64,000 nucleotides of DNA from Antedon mediterranea (Eukaryota > Animalia > Echinodermata). The notes under the pieces were generated by a model that was given only the letters and a program-made list of their open reading frames with translations, ran no database searches and had not been told where the DNA came from. A program made the position numbers and the translations under genes. The stretch is taken from positions 28,368,912 through 28,432,911 of the forward strand of contig NC_092675.1 in the NCBI RefSeq assembly GCF_964355755.1, written 5' to 3'. Shown here piece after piece: positions 42,401 through 52,045 of the stretch (position 1 is the first letter of the stretch; each line of letters opens with the position of its first letter).

Positions 42401-44068
42401 GGTTAATTATTGTCTCCCATTTCAATGGTTGAGCGTACTTACATTGCATGGTCAGTTTTTTCCAAACATTTTGAGAATTATGCGCATCACGGTAAAACTA
42501 AAAGTGGTGAATAATGATTTTGCCAAAAGCAACCCTGTGATGCCATTTGAAATGCTCCATTCGGTGGCAAAAAATGAGAGATATGCCGTTTTTAATGGTT
42601 TAACCTTCAATATCCTAATTCAAGATGAGATGAAGGTGAAACGGATTTTATGTAATAACATTTTACTTTCACTAATATAGTGACAGAATAATTATTAATT
42701 TGTTAAAAGCCTGACTGGTCTATTCTACTTGATAATATTCTACTTTAAAGATTCAGAATTTTTATGATAGTAATTTTTATTGTGAGTGGCTTATAATTTG
42801 ACATTATTATATACACATAAATGCTTTTATCATTATATGAAGATAATTGGTCCTAATTGTTGCAAACCATTAACACACCAGGAGCAAAATGCTGATTTTG
42901 TTTTAAATACTGGTTTTTATGTGTCTCGCAACGGTTAGAAGGAATGCACACAAGAAATAGATTTTCTTTGTCCCTAATTTTTATTTCTCCTTATTAAATT
43001 TATTTTAACTTTAATATATTTCAAATATAATATTCTGAAAATAGTAAATGTCAACAAATACTTATATTTTTTACAAAAACAATCTGTCTACACTATCAAA
43101 GTTTATGTGACAAAAAAGTGTGATGTGCCCAAATATGGTAGTCATGTTCATATACATCACATTTTCTTTTCACATAAAGTTTGATAGTGTAGACAGAGCT
43201 TAACACTACTATTGAATATAGACATTTCTTTATTGTCAAACCAATGGTAAATACTTACTGATAGTTTCATTATTACAAACCAGAAGAACATTTACAATCA
43301 ACATTTATTATTTATTTATTTACCTGAGATTTTCAGCCCATTCTCAATCCTGGTTATTTTTATTGGTGACCAAATAAATAGCATCACCATCATCAGATCA
43401 TCATTATTAAATGATCATCATCACCATTATCATCATTAAATCATCATTATCATCATTAAATCATCATCATTAAATCATCATCATCATTATCATCAATAAA
43501 TCATCATCATTAAATCATCATCATCATTATCATCACAACATTAAATCATCATCATCATTTTCATAATCATCATCATTATCATCATTAAATCATCATCATT
43601 AAATCATCATCATCATTGTCATCTTCATCATCTTTTAATCATCATCATCATCATCATCATCATTAAATCATCATTATCATTAAATCATCATTATCACCAA
43701 AATCATTATCATTAGTAAAGCTATGTATGTTATATAGTTATAGAAACTAATGTAGAGAATTTGTTTTTAAATGAATACTTTTTTGTTTATTTAAATTACA
43801 AATACTGAATATAAATCATTTTAAACTCTTCTATTTTTACAACATTTGTTTTATCAGACAAAAAGTTGTGGATGGGGATGAAGTTTTAGTCGAGACATAT
43901 GGAAAACAAAGGGCCACGCAGAACGAAGATTCACCTCGTAGAGGTCCTGAACAAGTGGCACCGGGGCATAGAGACGTCATCACAGATATTGGTGTGTTTC
44001 ACACAAGCCCGGACCAGTCATTCATAGTGTCTACGTCAAGAGATGGGGTCATTAAAATCTGGAAATAG
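27451..44068 (+). CDS. PIK3R4: Phosphoinositide 3-kinase regulatory subunit 4 / VPS15 (myristoylated pseudokinase + HEAT + WD40), 28 coding exons, ~1388 aa
   Basis: Hallmark peptides [100 protein letters not shown]-terminal [10 protein letters not shown]. Phase-consistent GT-AG exons: 27451-27587, 27957-28092, 28461-28610, 29426-29527, 29927-30120, 30849-30975, 31667-31839, 32570-32702, 33027-33122, 33252-33346, 33492-33531, 33735-33896, 34299-34373, 34619-34738, 34960-35061, 35284-35418, 36076-36213, 36626-36805, 37209-37309, 37417-37615, 38120-38408, 38574-38763, 39359-39574, 39728-39930, 40758-40883, 41384-41541, 41799-41977, 43858-44068 (sum 4167 nt). Confidence 0.97.
28132..28270 (+). 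mobile_element. MITE family 1, intact copy in a VPS15 intron
   Basis: Perfect TIRs TAAAGCTCTGTCTACACTATCAAAC / GTTTGATAGTGTAGACAGAGCTTTA. Confidence 0.9.
28745..28990 (-). mobile_element. Decayed L2-type LINE 3' end
   Basis: Minus strand reads [18 protein letters not shown] motif typical of ORF2 ends, adjacent to a (TAA)n tail. Confidence 0.5.
30216..30384 (-). mobile_element. MITE family 1 copy, reverse orientation
   Basis: Both TIRs and internal AAATATGGTAGTGATAT repeats. Confidence 0.88.
31071..31616. mobile_element. ~545-bp non-autonomous DNA element with TIR TAGGGACTTTACGAAA
   Basis: TAGGGACTTTACGAAACACG at 31071 and CGTTTTTCGTAAAGTCCCTA ending at 31616. Confidence 0.8.
32030..32519 (-). 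mobile_element. L2/CR1-group LINE 3' end (ORF2 C-terminus, 3' UTR and (TAA)n tail)
   Basis: [50 protein letters not shown] is the canonical ORF2 C-terminal motif set; a similar tail occurs at ~11283-11350. Confidence 0.85.
32829..32935 (+). mobile_element. MITE family 1, degenerate copy
   Basis: TCTGTCTACACTATCAAA plus internal repeat, right TIR eroded. Confidence 0.75.
34004..34234 (+). mobile_element. Helentron-associated (DINE-1/HINE-like) remnant
   Basis: ACCACTGCCAAGGAGGTTATG start, (TTTG)n tract, subterminal inverted GGCGGAGGT and end TTTCTAGTT match HINE architecture. Confidence 0.55.
34420..34580 (+). repeat. Degenerate ~13-bp minisatellite (TACTAAATTAGTG)
   Basis: Repeated TACTAAATTAGTG / TACTCAATCAGTA units. 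Confidence 0.75.
35644..35950 (+). mobile_element. Penelope-like retroelement 3' end with inverted pseudo-LTR and hammerhead-like motifs
   Basis: Spacer translates with one frameshift to [41 protein letters not shown], resembling the PLE GIY-YIG C-terminus; arms 35644-35729 and 35864-35950 are inverted copies each holding CTGAWGAT-stem-GAAACATGTC. Confidence 0.75.
36490..36603 (+). pseudogene. Partial tandem duplicate of VPS15 coding exon 18 including its splice acceptor
   Basis: TTTGTTTTTGAAG|CCAATTCTTTTAAGTGC..CCGTCAGTACCACGTTC.ATCTATGACTACATACT occurs with exon starts at 36508 and 36626; the upstream copy stops at TAA 36601-36603. Confidence 0.85.
37646..37803 (+). mobile_element. MITE family 1 copy
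   Basis: Both TIRs recognisable; begins about 30 nt after the exon 20 donor. Confidence 0.85.
39965..40260 (+). mobile_element. Decayed LINE 3' end
   Basis: [22 protein letters not shown] motif, then AATAAA and a (TGAA)n tail. Confidence 0.6.
40919..41117. mobile_element. hAT-like MITE
   Basis: TIRs CAGTGTCGTAAC / GTTACTCCACTG; flanking 8-mers AGTACAGT and AGTACAAG (6/8 match, decayed TSD). Confidence 0.7.
41583..41714 (-). mobile_element. MITE family 1 copy
   Basis: TIRs and AAATATGGTAGTGATAT repeats. Confidence 0.85.
43083..43203. mobile_element. MITE family 1 copy
   Basis: TCTGTCTACACTATCAAA ... GTTTGATAGTGTAGACAGAGCTTAA. Confidence 0.85.
43383..43713 (+). repeat. Degenerate (ATC)n microsatellite with recurrent ATTAAATC interruptions
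   Basis: About 330 bp of ATC/ATT triplets in the last VPS15 intron. Confidence 0.95.
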
Positions 44069-44733
44069 TTACTCATTATATATATATGTAATAATATATT
44101 ACTTATAATTATGATATAACTTTTATATGAAGAAGAGATACAATTTTACAATTTAATTCACAAATAAAATAGGGGAGATGTAATTGTAAATATATATTTT
44201 GTACTCAAATACTATAGTCATGTTTTTAGTTATAAAACGGATTAATAACGGTACTTGGCAAGGCTATCAAAAACTTGAGATAGCCTTCGTTTTACATGGG
44301 GTGAAGAAAACAACCAATCATAATTAGGTCTAAACGAAAACACTTTTATTGAAGAAAACTATTGTTCAAACATTCCTGGTGAATTTCCCCATATTTTTCC
44401 ATTTCAGTACTCTTTTTGTATTATTTTATCAAAGAAATATTATGTTATAGGTATACCATTTATTTGTTGTACATATTATAATTTTAATAATCTTTCAATT
44501 GTCATTTTACTTACGCGAAATTTAATTTCCGGATTATCATTTTAACAAATATTCAAAAAGACATTAAATAAATATTTGAATACGTATTGTTCATCTTTGC
44601 AAAATGCTATCATAACATGCGTATAAACTTTAAACTTTATCAAAGGTTATCATCCGAGTTTTTAATAACTTTTATTCAAAATAAATGGCATTGTTCTCTA
44701 CACGAAATTTTCCAAATAGTACTCTGTGTGCAT

Positions 44734-45020
44734 ATAAAGCTCTGTCTACACTATCAAACGTTATATGACAACAAAATGTGAAGTGCCCACATATGGGCAT
44801 GATGTCATATTACTACCATATTTAAGCATATCACTATCATATTTAGGCACATCACACTTTTTAGTCGCGTGCAACGCGACTCTATAGTTCATTATCGTCG
44901 TTGGTTCCCACTTTTGATTACGCAATACAGCACTTTGCGTCAATACGTCGACTAAAATTTGCGCACGCGACTTCAGCCATGGTCTTGTTTTGTTACATAA
45001 AGTTTGATAGTGTAAATCGG
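44734..45020 (+). mobile_element. MITE family 1 copy interrupted by a HINE-like element (44858-44990)
   Basis: MITE halves flank TTTTTAGTCGCGTGCAACGCGACT...CACGCGACT..GCCATGGT CTTGTTT. Confidence 0.8.
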
Positions 45021-46396
45021 ACTACTGTATATATTCAAATTGTATATTTCATTCAAATGTATTGTGTATTGTTTAAACAAAAGGAATATTAATATGCTTT
45101 CTTGAATACCTGATAATGTTTATGGTATTTAGTTGAATAATTGCAATATTATAGTATTGTGCTACTCAAAGACAGCGGCAATCAATTCATAACACAAAAA
45201 CACATACACCATAAGTTCTGGCTTTAAAAAGTTTAATTTGTAGTTCTCAGAATTGGATTGTAATACCAACCTAGTTATTATATTATTATGATCCCTAGAT
45301 GTGTCCAGTAATCGCCAGATGATACCTAAGTGTATTGTTTGTAATATTTGTCTACTAGCATGATTATAAAATGCTTATTAAATCTTGTAAAGCCAGACAG
45401 TAGACATGTTAATTTTGTAATAAAGATTATTAAAAAAATAAATCGATATCATAGCACAGTAATGTTTATGTTCTGTGTTGTTTTACTGAAAATCTTAATA
45501 TATAAAAGAAAATGTTGTTTTTAAAGAATCGATCATGCCAAGAAGACTAGGTCAGGTTCAGGTATATAAAACCATACAAGCAGAAGGCAGCCAAAGCCTG
45601 AACAATTCAGCATGCAATTACCAACCAAATACGTTCCAATATTCTATCTATATTTCATATTAAATCCGTGAAAATCAGTGTGAACAATGATGACGTAAAA
45701 ATATAAAGTAATACATCAACAATCGGCGGGAAACAATGTACAAGATGCGCAATAAAACATGGCATTCAATAAAAACAGGCAAAAAGAAACACTGTAATTT
45801 CGTTTAATAGGCCTATTAGGCTCACAGTAAATTGTATTAATATTGCACTCTTTAATCTAGGCCTACATCTTCTTTTGAACAAAATGATTAATTATCTAAC
45901 AATATAATTATTTTTTAATTACAGTATTTACAAAAGATGTGTTTGAGATCGATAATCAATACGTTCCCGCAACTCAATGACCTCATGAAGGTCCAAAGAA
46001 GGGTGTTTGCAAACGATAACCGTGTCCGTTCCTGATCCGTCACCGATATCTTAAACAAACTCCGTGAATTTATTTATGAGTTGTGTTCTAAAACTAAAGG
46101 GACGAGGGAATGAGTTAAACGCTATGTCCGAGTACATGAGTCGAGTTGCTTGGTAGGTAGATTCGGTACATTTTCACTCATAGTGTTCTAGGTAGAAAAC
46201 CTTATGTGTTCAATCAATTCATTTATAAAAACATAGCCTGTATAAATATATTAATTGAATATGCCTAAATGTTTATGAAGTTAAATTGAGTTGAACTGAC
46301 AGTTATAGGCTTAAATAAGTAGTCAATTCGTATAGGCCTAAGTCAACAAATCCGTATCTATATAATTCATTATAAATAAGTCATCATTCCCAAGTT

Positions 46397-46897
46397 TCAC
46401 CGTGTCATCTCGATTGAAGATGGTGAGCATGACGTGTGAACCGTCGTTGAGTCTGATTTTTCTTCGGTATAAGAAGAGTTTCCAGGAGAGCCAATTTCTC
46501 TTGAGCCAAGAAGATCAACAGTCCTATCATTGTTTGGACGACTGGTCCTCCGATGCCGCCTTCTATGACTGTTCGTATAAATACCCGCTGGCGCCAGTCC
46601 TTTTCCGTACGCATCAATATCATTTTTCGGAGTATTTATTCCATTAAAAGTTTGTCTCGGTTTTTGTGGCGGACTTTTTATATTTTGCGAAGACGATGAA
46701 CTGCTGCAGTGTTTACAAGATATCATTTTGTTTAATGTATTCTTTAGTTCTTTGTTTTCTTCTTGAAGGCGTTTAAAATCTTCTTCGTGCGTTTTATTAT
46801 CTGTGATTGTTCTTGTTATTTGTGATTCTACTTTTTTGGTTTCTGTCGCTGTTTTGGTTTCCAAATTCTTTTTGCTACACGACGGACTACTACCCAT
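46397..46897 (-). CDS. Orphan 166-aa protein with predicted N-myristoylation/palmitoylation (MGSSPSC), coiled coil and CxxC
   Basis: Long ORF for this AT-rich DNA; strong acceptor TTTTTTTTCTTACAG| 3 nt before the ATG (AAAATGG context); upstream donor ACA|GTAAGT at 48596/48595. The 3' end could splice further. Confidence 0.7.
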   Translation of the reverse strand: MGSSPSCSKKNLETKTATETKKVESQITRTITDNKTHEEDFKRLQEENKELKNTLNKMISCKHCSSSSSSQNIKSPPQKPRQTFNGINTPKNDIDAYGKGLAPAGIYTNSHRRRHRRTSRPNNDRTVDLLGSREIGSPGNSSYTEEKSDSTTVHTSCSPSSIEMTR

Positions 46898-48595
46898 TTT
46901 CTGTAAGAAAAAAACTCAATGTTAACCATGGCCTATCTGTACATTGACAATGCAATGTTTCATGCGCTTTAAAATCATTTATTCTTACTAGTCATTTAAT
47001 TCATTCTTGCATCATTGTTTTATCACATTATGTTGGAATCCACGAGCTACACTTTACAAGATGTGAAAGATTTTACAATACATACATACATACATAATAA
47101 CAACATGATCTAACAATGACAACAGTGTGAATAATGAATCAATAAATGTATAGAAATGTATAGAGAAACTGTATACAGACACTCATTTCAGAATAATGGA
47201 CGTACACAACCTTTCACCTTTTTATTGTATTTTGTTCGTTATATGTATGTATATGCTGTATATTATTAGATTCCAGAATGTGTTTTAAATGGAGAGAGGC
47301 ACCATATGTCAACAGATAATGATAATCAGAATTTTCTGATGGTTGGTCCTTTTTTTAAAAATTGTATTTATATGTAGGCCTATCTATGGACAGTTTGTCT
47401 GAAAAAAAAAGTTTAATTGAATTGTTACACTTTTATTTCATTGTATAGATTGGTGAGGATGTGAATATAATGTTAAAAATGAATCATAGATGAAATAAAA
47501 GGTGGGACAAACCCACAAACGACAAAAAGGGGTATATAAGGTTTTGTATCGTCCATGATTATTGAATGAAATTTGGATGAGACGTCTAACTAAAGACAAA
47601 GTTCCTTTGTTGCTTGGCCTTCTGTGAGTTTCTAATTAATAACGAAATTGTGACATATCGTTTGGTAATTATAGAATAATGACAACCACTGCGAAATTGT
47701 ATCTATTGTGATAAGGTTTAATGTTATGCCTACTCTACACGAATTAAAGTATTTAATGACAAAATGTATGTTCTATTTCATAATAAATGGTATTCGTGTA
47801 ATTGAAACACGAAATATTTAAGTTTATTCTCAAGAGCTTGAAACCCGCTTGTAGAAGCTGTGCGTATGCCCTGAGATACAGTAGGCCTATCAAAATACAT
47901 TGTGAATAGGCTTAACAAATTCACCCAATGACATACCCAAACCAATATCAGATGATCCATTGAAAATATTCAGATAAAAATAGTACTTGTGTAACTCAGA
48001 ATAATACTGTATAGGGATTAAATAGATCGGAACGTTGAATTCTCAAAATGTGTATGTTTCATATTGTATTTTTATGTCTATATTTATATCTAAATATTTT
48101 TAAGGCATCCTACAATTGGATGTAGTTGAAATAAAATAAAATAAATAAGATGTTCTGTCTCTTTGTTTAGTATTTAAATACAGTACACGGGATACCAATC
48201 GTATAATAGTAGTGGAACGTCTGAAAATTCGATTCACTTGTAAATTAACTCAAACTTATTTTTTAATCTTATTGAAACACGTTCAAAAGCAATTGAAGTG
48301 ATATTTGAGGATACACGGTACCCTATGTTGTAACGTTTCAAGTAAAATTCGTAAAACCCAGTCAACTTCGATCAGGTCAAAAGTTTCTAAAACATAAACA
48401 GTAGCATTGTGTCCCACAAAATGTGCGTGAATCTAAACAATATTACATAATTTAAAGGTGTTTTTCTCTTTCACGGGGCTTACTTTATTCTTTTAAAAAA
48501 AAATTAAATTTGACATAATTAAAATTTATCAATGCAAATTAGAAAAATAATTTATTTACTAGGAACAAAAAATAATAAAAACGTTTTGTACTTAC

Positions 48596-48730
48596 TGTAG
48601 TTATATGGACGAGCAATCTTTGCAATAAATGCTATCGTATTGTGTCGGTCGCTCCGATAATCCTTCTTCATGTAGGCCAGCGTTTATTTTACGTTCGTTT
48701 CTTAGACAACAGGGTTGACGTCATTTGCTT
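48596..48730 (-). promoter_or_regulatory. Putative 5'-UTR exon/promoter of the orphan gene with a perfect CRE palindrome
   Basis: TGACGTCA at 48716-48723 just upstream of a CpG-richer segment that ends in a minus-strand donor. Confidence 0.45.
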
Positions 48731-50348
48731 CATAGCGATCAACAATTATTGTAAATACCCTTTTACGATAATTATCACATTCTCCTTCAATTGAAAAAAT
48801 GACAAGTTAGTGCGCGTTCCATGTATGTCGTCATTAACAAGCACTGAATGATGATTATTATATTGCTTATATATTGCATTCGCTCGACTTGTAGCCGTCG
48901 TTGTATTATACCACCGGTGATTATAGTACTAGTTCACCGTCACACACATTTTTAACATTTGATTTTCGGTTAATTCCATTTAACTTCTATTTTAAATTGA
49001 TTTAAAAAATTTAAATTAAATTAAATTAATTATCTATTTAAATAAAATTAAATATTTTCAAAAAGATTGATTGGAGAGAATACACTCGTATTATTTCATC
49101 TAAAGTTATTCAATCTTTGAAGCCTAAGCGTAAATCATGGGTTATTAGTGGTTTTCTGGCCAAAATAAGAATACATGGCTATATCGTCTAGATTTAGGTT
49201 ATAATTGAAAGGTTGACTAACAAGATGTTGTCTTAAGAACCTGAGGAGGGGCTAAGGAAAGTGTAGGATTGAGATAAGAAAGTACACACATATCTATACT
49301 ATATAGAGTATCCCTCTATCCCTCTCCCCCTCCATTTTTAATGTAGCTCAAGCTATCACAAAAGGACGTCCGTCAACCCCCGCCTCCTTCAACATAGTCA
49401 CCAAAGCGCTCAAATAGACACCGATAATGAATTAAAATTACTGAGCAATATGAAGAGCAGTAAATTGAATTTTCTTAATTAAAAGCATTATCTCATTATG
49501 GCCATTAGAACCCAACTGAAGCATTGTGATCATTCATAATTATAATTTTAACTTAATGACTTTTCCTGTTGATTTTATAATTCTAGAGAATTCGAACATA
49601 CATAGGTAAAATGAACATACCTGTCGAAAATTCCTTCTGTGAAACCAACTTTTGAAAAGGTTAATAGACGTATCTCAATTCATTCCCAAATTCAATGTAT
49701 GCCTACATTATAGATTATACATAACATGTCTATCTTTTAAGAACATTTTAATATATCCACAATTAATTCTCGAGAATAAACAAACTCGTTAATAAAATAG
49801 TTGAAATACTTTAATAACTGTAGAGATTAAGGCATGCCTTAAAAATCTTTAACAAGTTTATAAGAACCTTACTATGTTATTATCTTGTTACTAAGAGTAG
49901 TCCAAACATTGATAAAACTTACCGTAAACTCTCTGAATTTTCGCAATGTTAAGTAGAAAATGACGTTTTATTTTCTGTTAACTCGTTACCAGATTATGTG
50001 TTTGATTATGTGTGCATGTTTTGTGAAGATTAATTGGTCCGGAACAATTTCGTTTGAGTAAAGATAGTGGATATAGTTTCTAGCAACTTCAAAGTAAGAT
50101 AATGTCAATGGATTTCAAGTTGTTGTACCGCATTAACGACGTAAACTTCATCGGGACAAATCTAGGCCTAATTGCCTAACTTGATTACACGTTAATTTTT
50201 GCTGTTTGTTTAGGACGTGTTGCTTCTCTAAAACGACATCTTGGAAGTGAAACTGTTCTGACTGCCGTGGCGCAAACGATTGCCAGAGAGTAGTCTGTAA
50301 ATTGTTCAACACGATAGGATATTGATACAACATTTGTAAGTAACCAGA

Positions 50349-52045
50349 ATGACATTTCAAAACGTAAAAGTATTATTTATTTATTGCTTTCTACAATTGT
50401 CGTTATCACTGTCACTTAAGAAGAGCAGCATTCAGTACGATAAACTTAACAATCAACAAAAGTATTCCGACACTCAGCTAAAAACATCAAAAAATGATGT
50501 CATGCATCAGCAGTTTGCTCTTATGGAAGAGAGTGTGTACGAACAGTTTCAAGAAAAGAAAAGAGAATTTAAGGAGAATGATTCTCGCGCACCGCCATAT
50601 ATGATAGAACTCTACCAACGCTTCTCATCAAATCGGTACGCCCATCCAAGTTCTAACATCGTTCGAAGTTTTCTAAATGAGGGTAAGTTTAATTTAATTT
50701 AAAAACAACATTCTTTTCGATCAAATGTGTTCTAGTTTTTTAAATGTCTATTGTTTACTATCAATTTTCCTTTCTTTCTGCACTCTTTATTTGATGTTCA
50801 TATTGTTTGTATTAACAAATTAATTAGATCATTTCTTTTTTTACAAAACCAATGAAATAAAAACACTTTTAAAATTAAGTTGCTCTAAACACAGCCTTTT
50901 CAGAAGAATAGCTGTTTTTCTGATAATAACTGTTTAATATAACTTTTTACCATCAATTAATTTTTTTAAATAAAAAATTAGCTTTAAAAATGTTGCTCTA
51001 CAAGCACATGATCTTACAATTTGCTATCTCTGTATTATTTTGGGATAAAACCAATCTGAAGCTATACAGTTAGGTTATCAGTTAAATGTACAATTATTAA
51101 AATCTATAAACGTTAACAAATAAATGGTTGATTTGTTTTCCGTTTATTAAACTGATACAGTATACATTTGTTTATACCTTAGAGGTTGATGAGTTTTCTG
51201 GAAACTACGAGTTGGAATCATTAACAAAGTTTAGTGAGATTTTTTTACGTTTCAACGTTACAATTCCTATTCACGAGAAAGTCGTTCTAGCAGAACTTCG
51301 TCTTTTTGCAATAGTTAAACAAAAACAAGGAACTGGGGCCTTTGTCAAAATCGCTATATATGACAACGATGAAGAAAATGTCAACGGCCATTTTGAAAAG
51401 GTGCTCATAAAACATATATACAAGGAAAATAATGGTTGGGAAACTTTTGATTTGACGGATTACGTCATAAAACGACTTTCGACCAATAACAAACACGTGT
51501 GTTACTTGCGTGTTCAAATTGATGACATCATTCCGCAGATGCTAATAGATACCTCACAACACATCCAGTATCAACCTTTACTTGTTATATACTCTGATGA
51601 TGTTGTAAGCAACGTACATAGGAGAGACTCAAACGAATTGGACAATATGATAGATCAAGAAGTGGCGGCAAACTTTAAAATTGACAACAACCTTGGGAAG
51701 ATCCGAAACAGACGAGGATTAAATAGAAAAAACTACTGCCGGAAAAGAGAGATGACGGTTGATTTTAAAGAAATCGGTTACGATAATTGGATCATTGCTC
51801 CAAAATCCTATCAAGCTTTTCATTGTAGTGGACGGTGTATCTTCCCCTTAACAGATCGTTGGAGTCCCACAAAACATGCTGTTATACAGATATTGGTTCA
51901 CGAATTTAAGCCGAAACAATTCCCAAAGCCTTGCTGTGTTGCAAACAATCTGGAACCAATCTCTTTACTGTATATCAATGAGGGCGTTATAACGTACAAA
52001 CATAAATACGATGGAATGGTGGTTAAAGATTGCGCATGTCGGTAG
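50349..52045 (+). CDS. BMP10: BMP9/BMP10 (GDF2/BMP10) subfamily TGF-beta ligand preproprotein, 2 exons (50349-50682, 51183-52045), ~398 aa
   Basis: Signal peptide; PPYMIELYQRFSSNRYAHPSSNIVRSFLNE with a phase-1 intron after RSFxNE; furin site RNRR; 7-Cys mature domain with BMP9/10-type SPTKHAVIQ and ITYKHKYDGMVV..CACR. Confidence 0.9.

Noticed and set aside
43383-43713. Potential poly-His/Ile/Ser coding tract
   Set aside because: Intronic (ATC)n microsatellite with frequent TAA interruptions and no flanking splice signals; VPS15 exon phases join without it.
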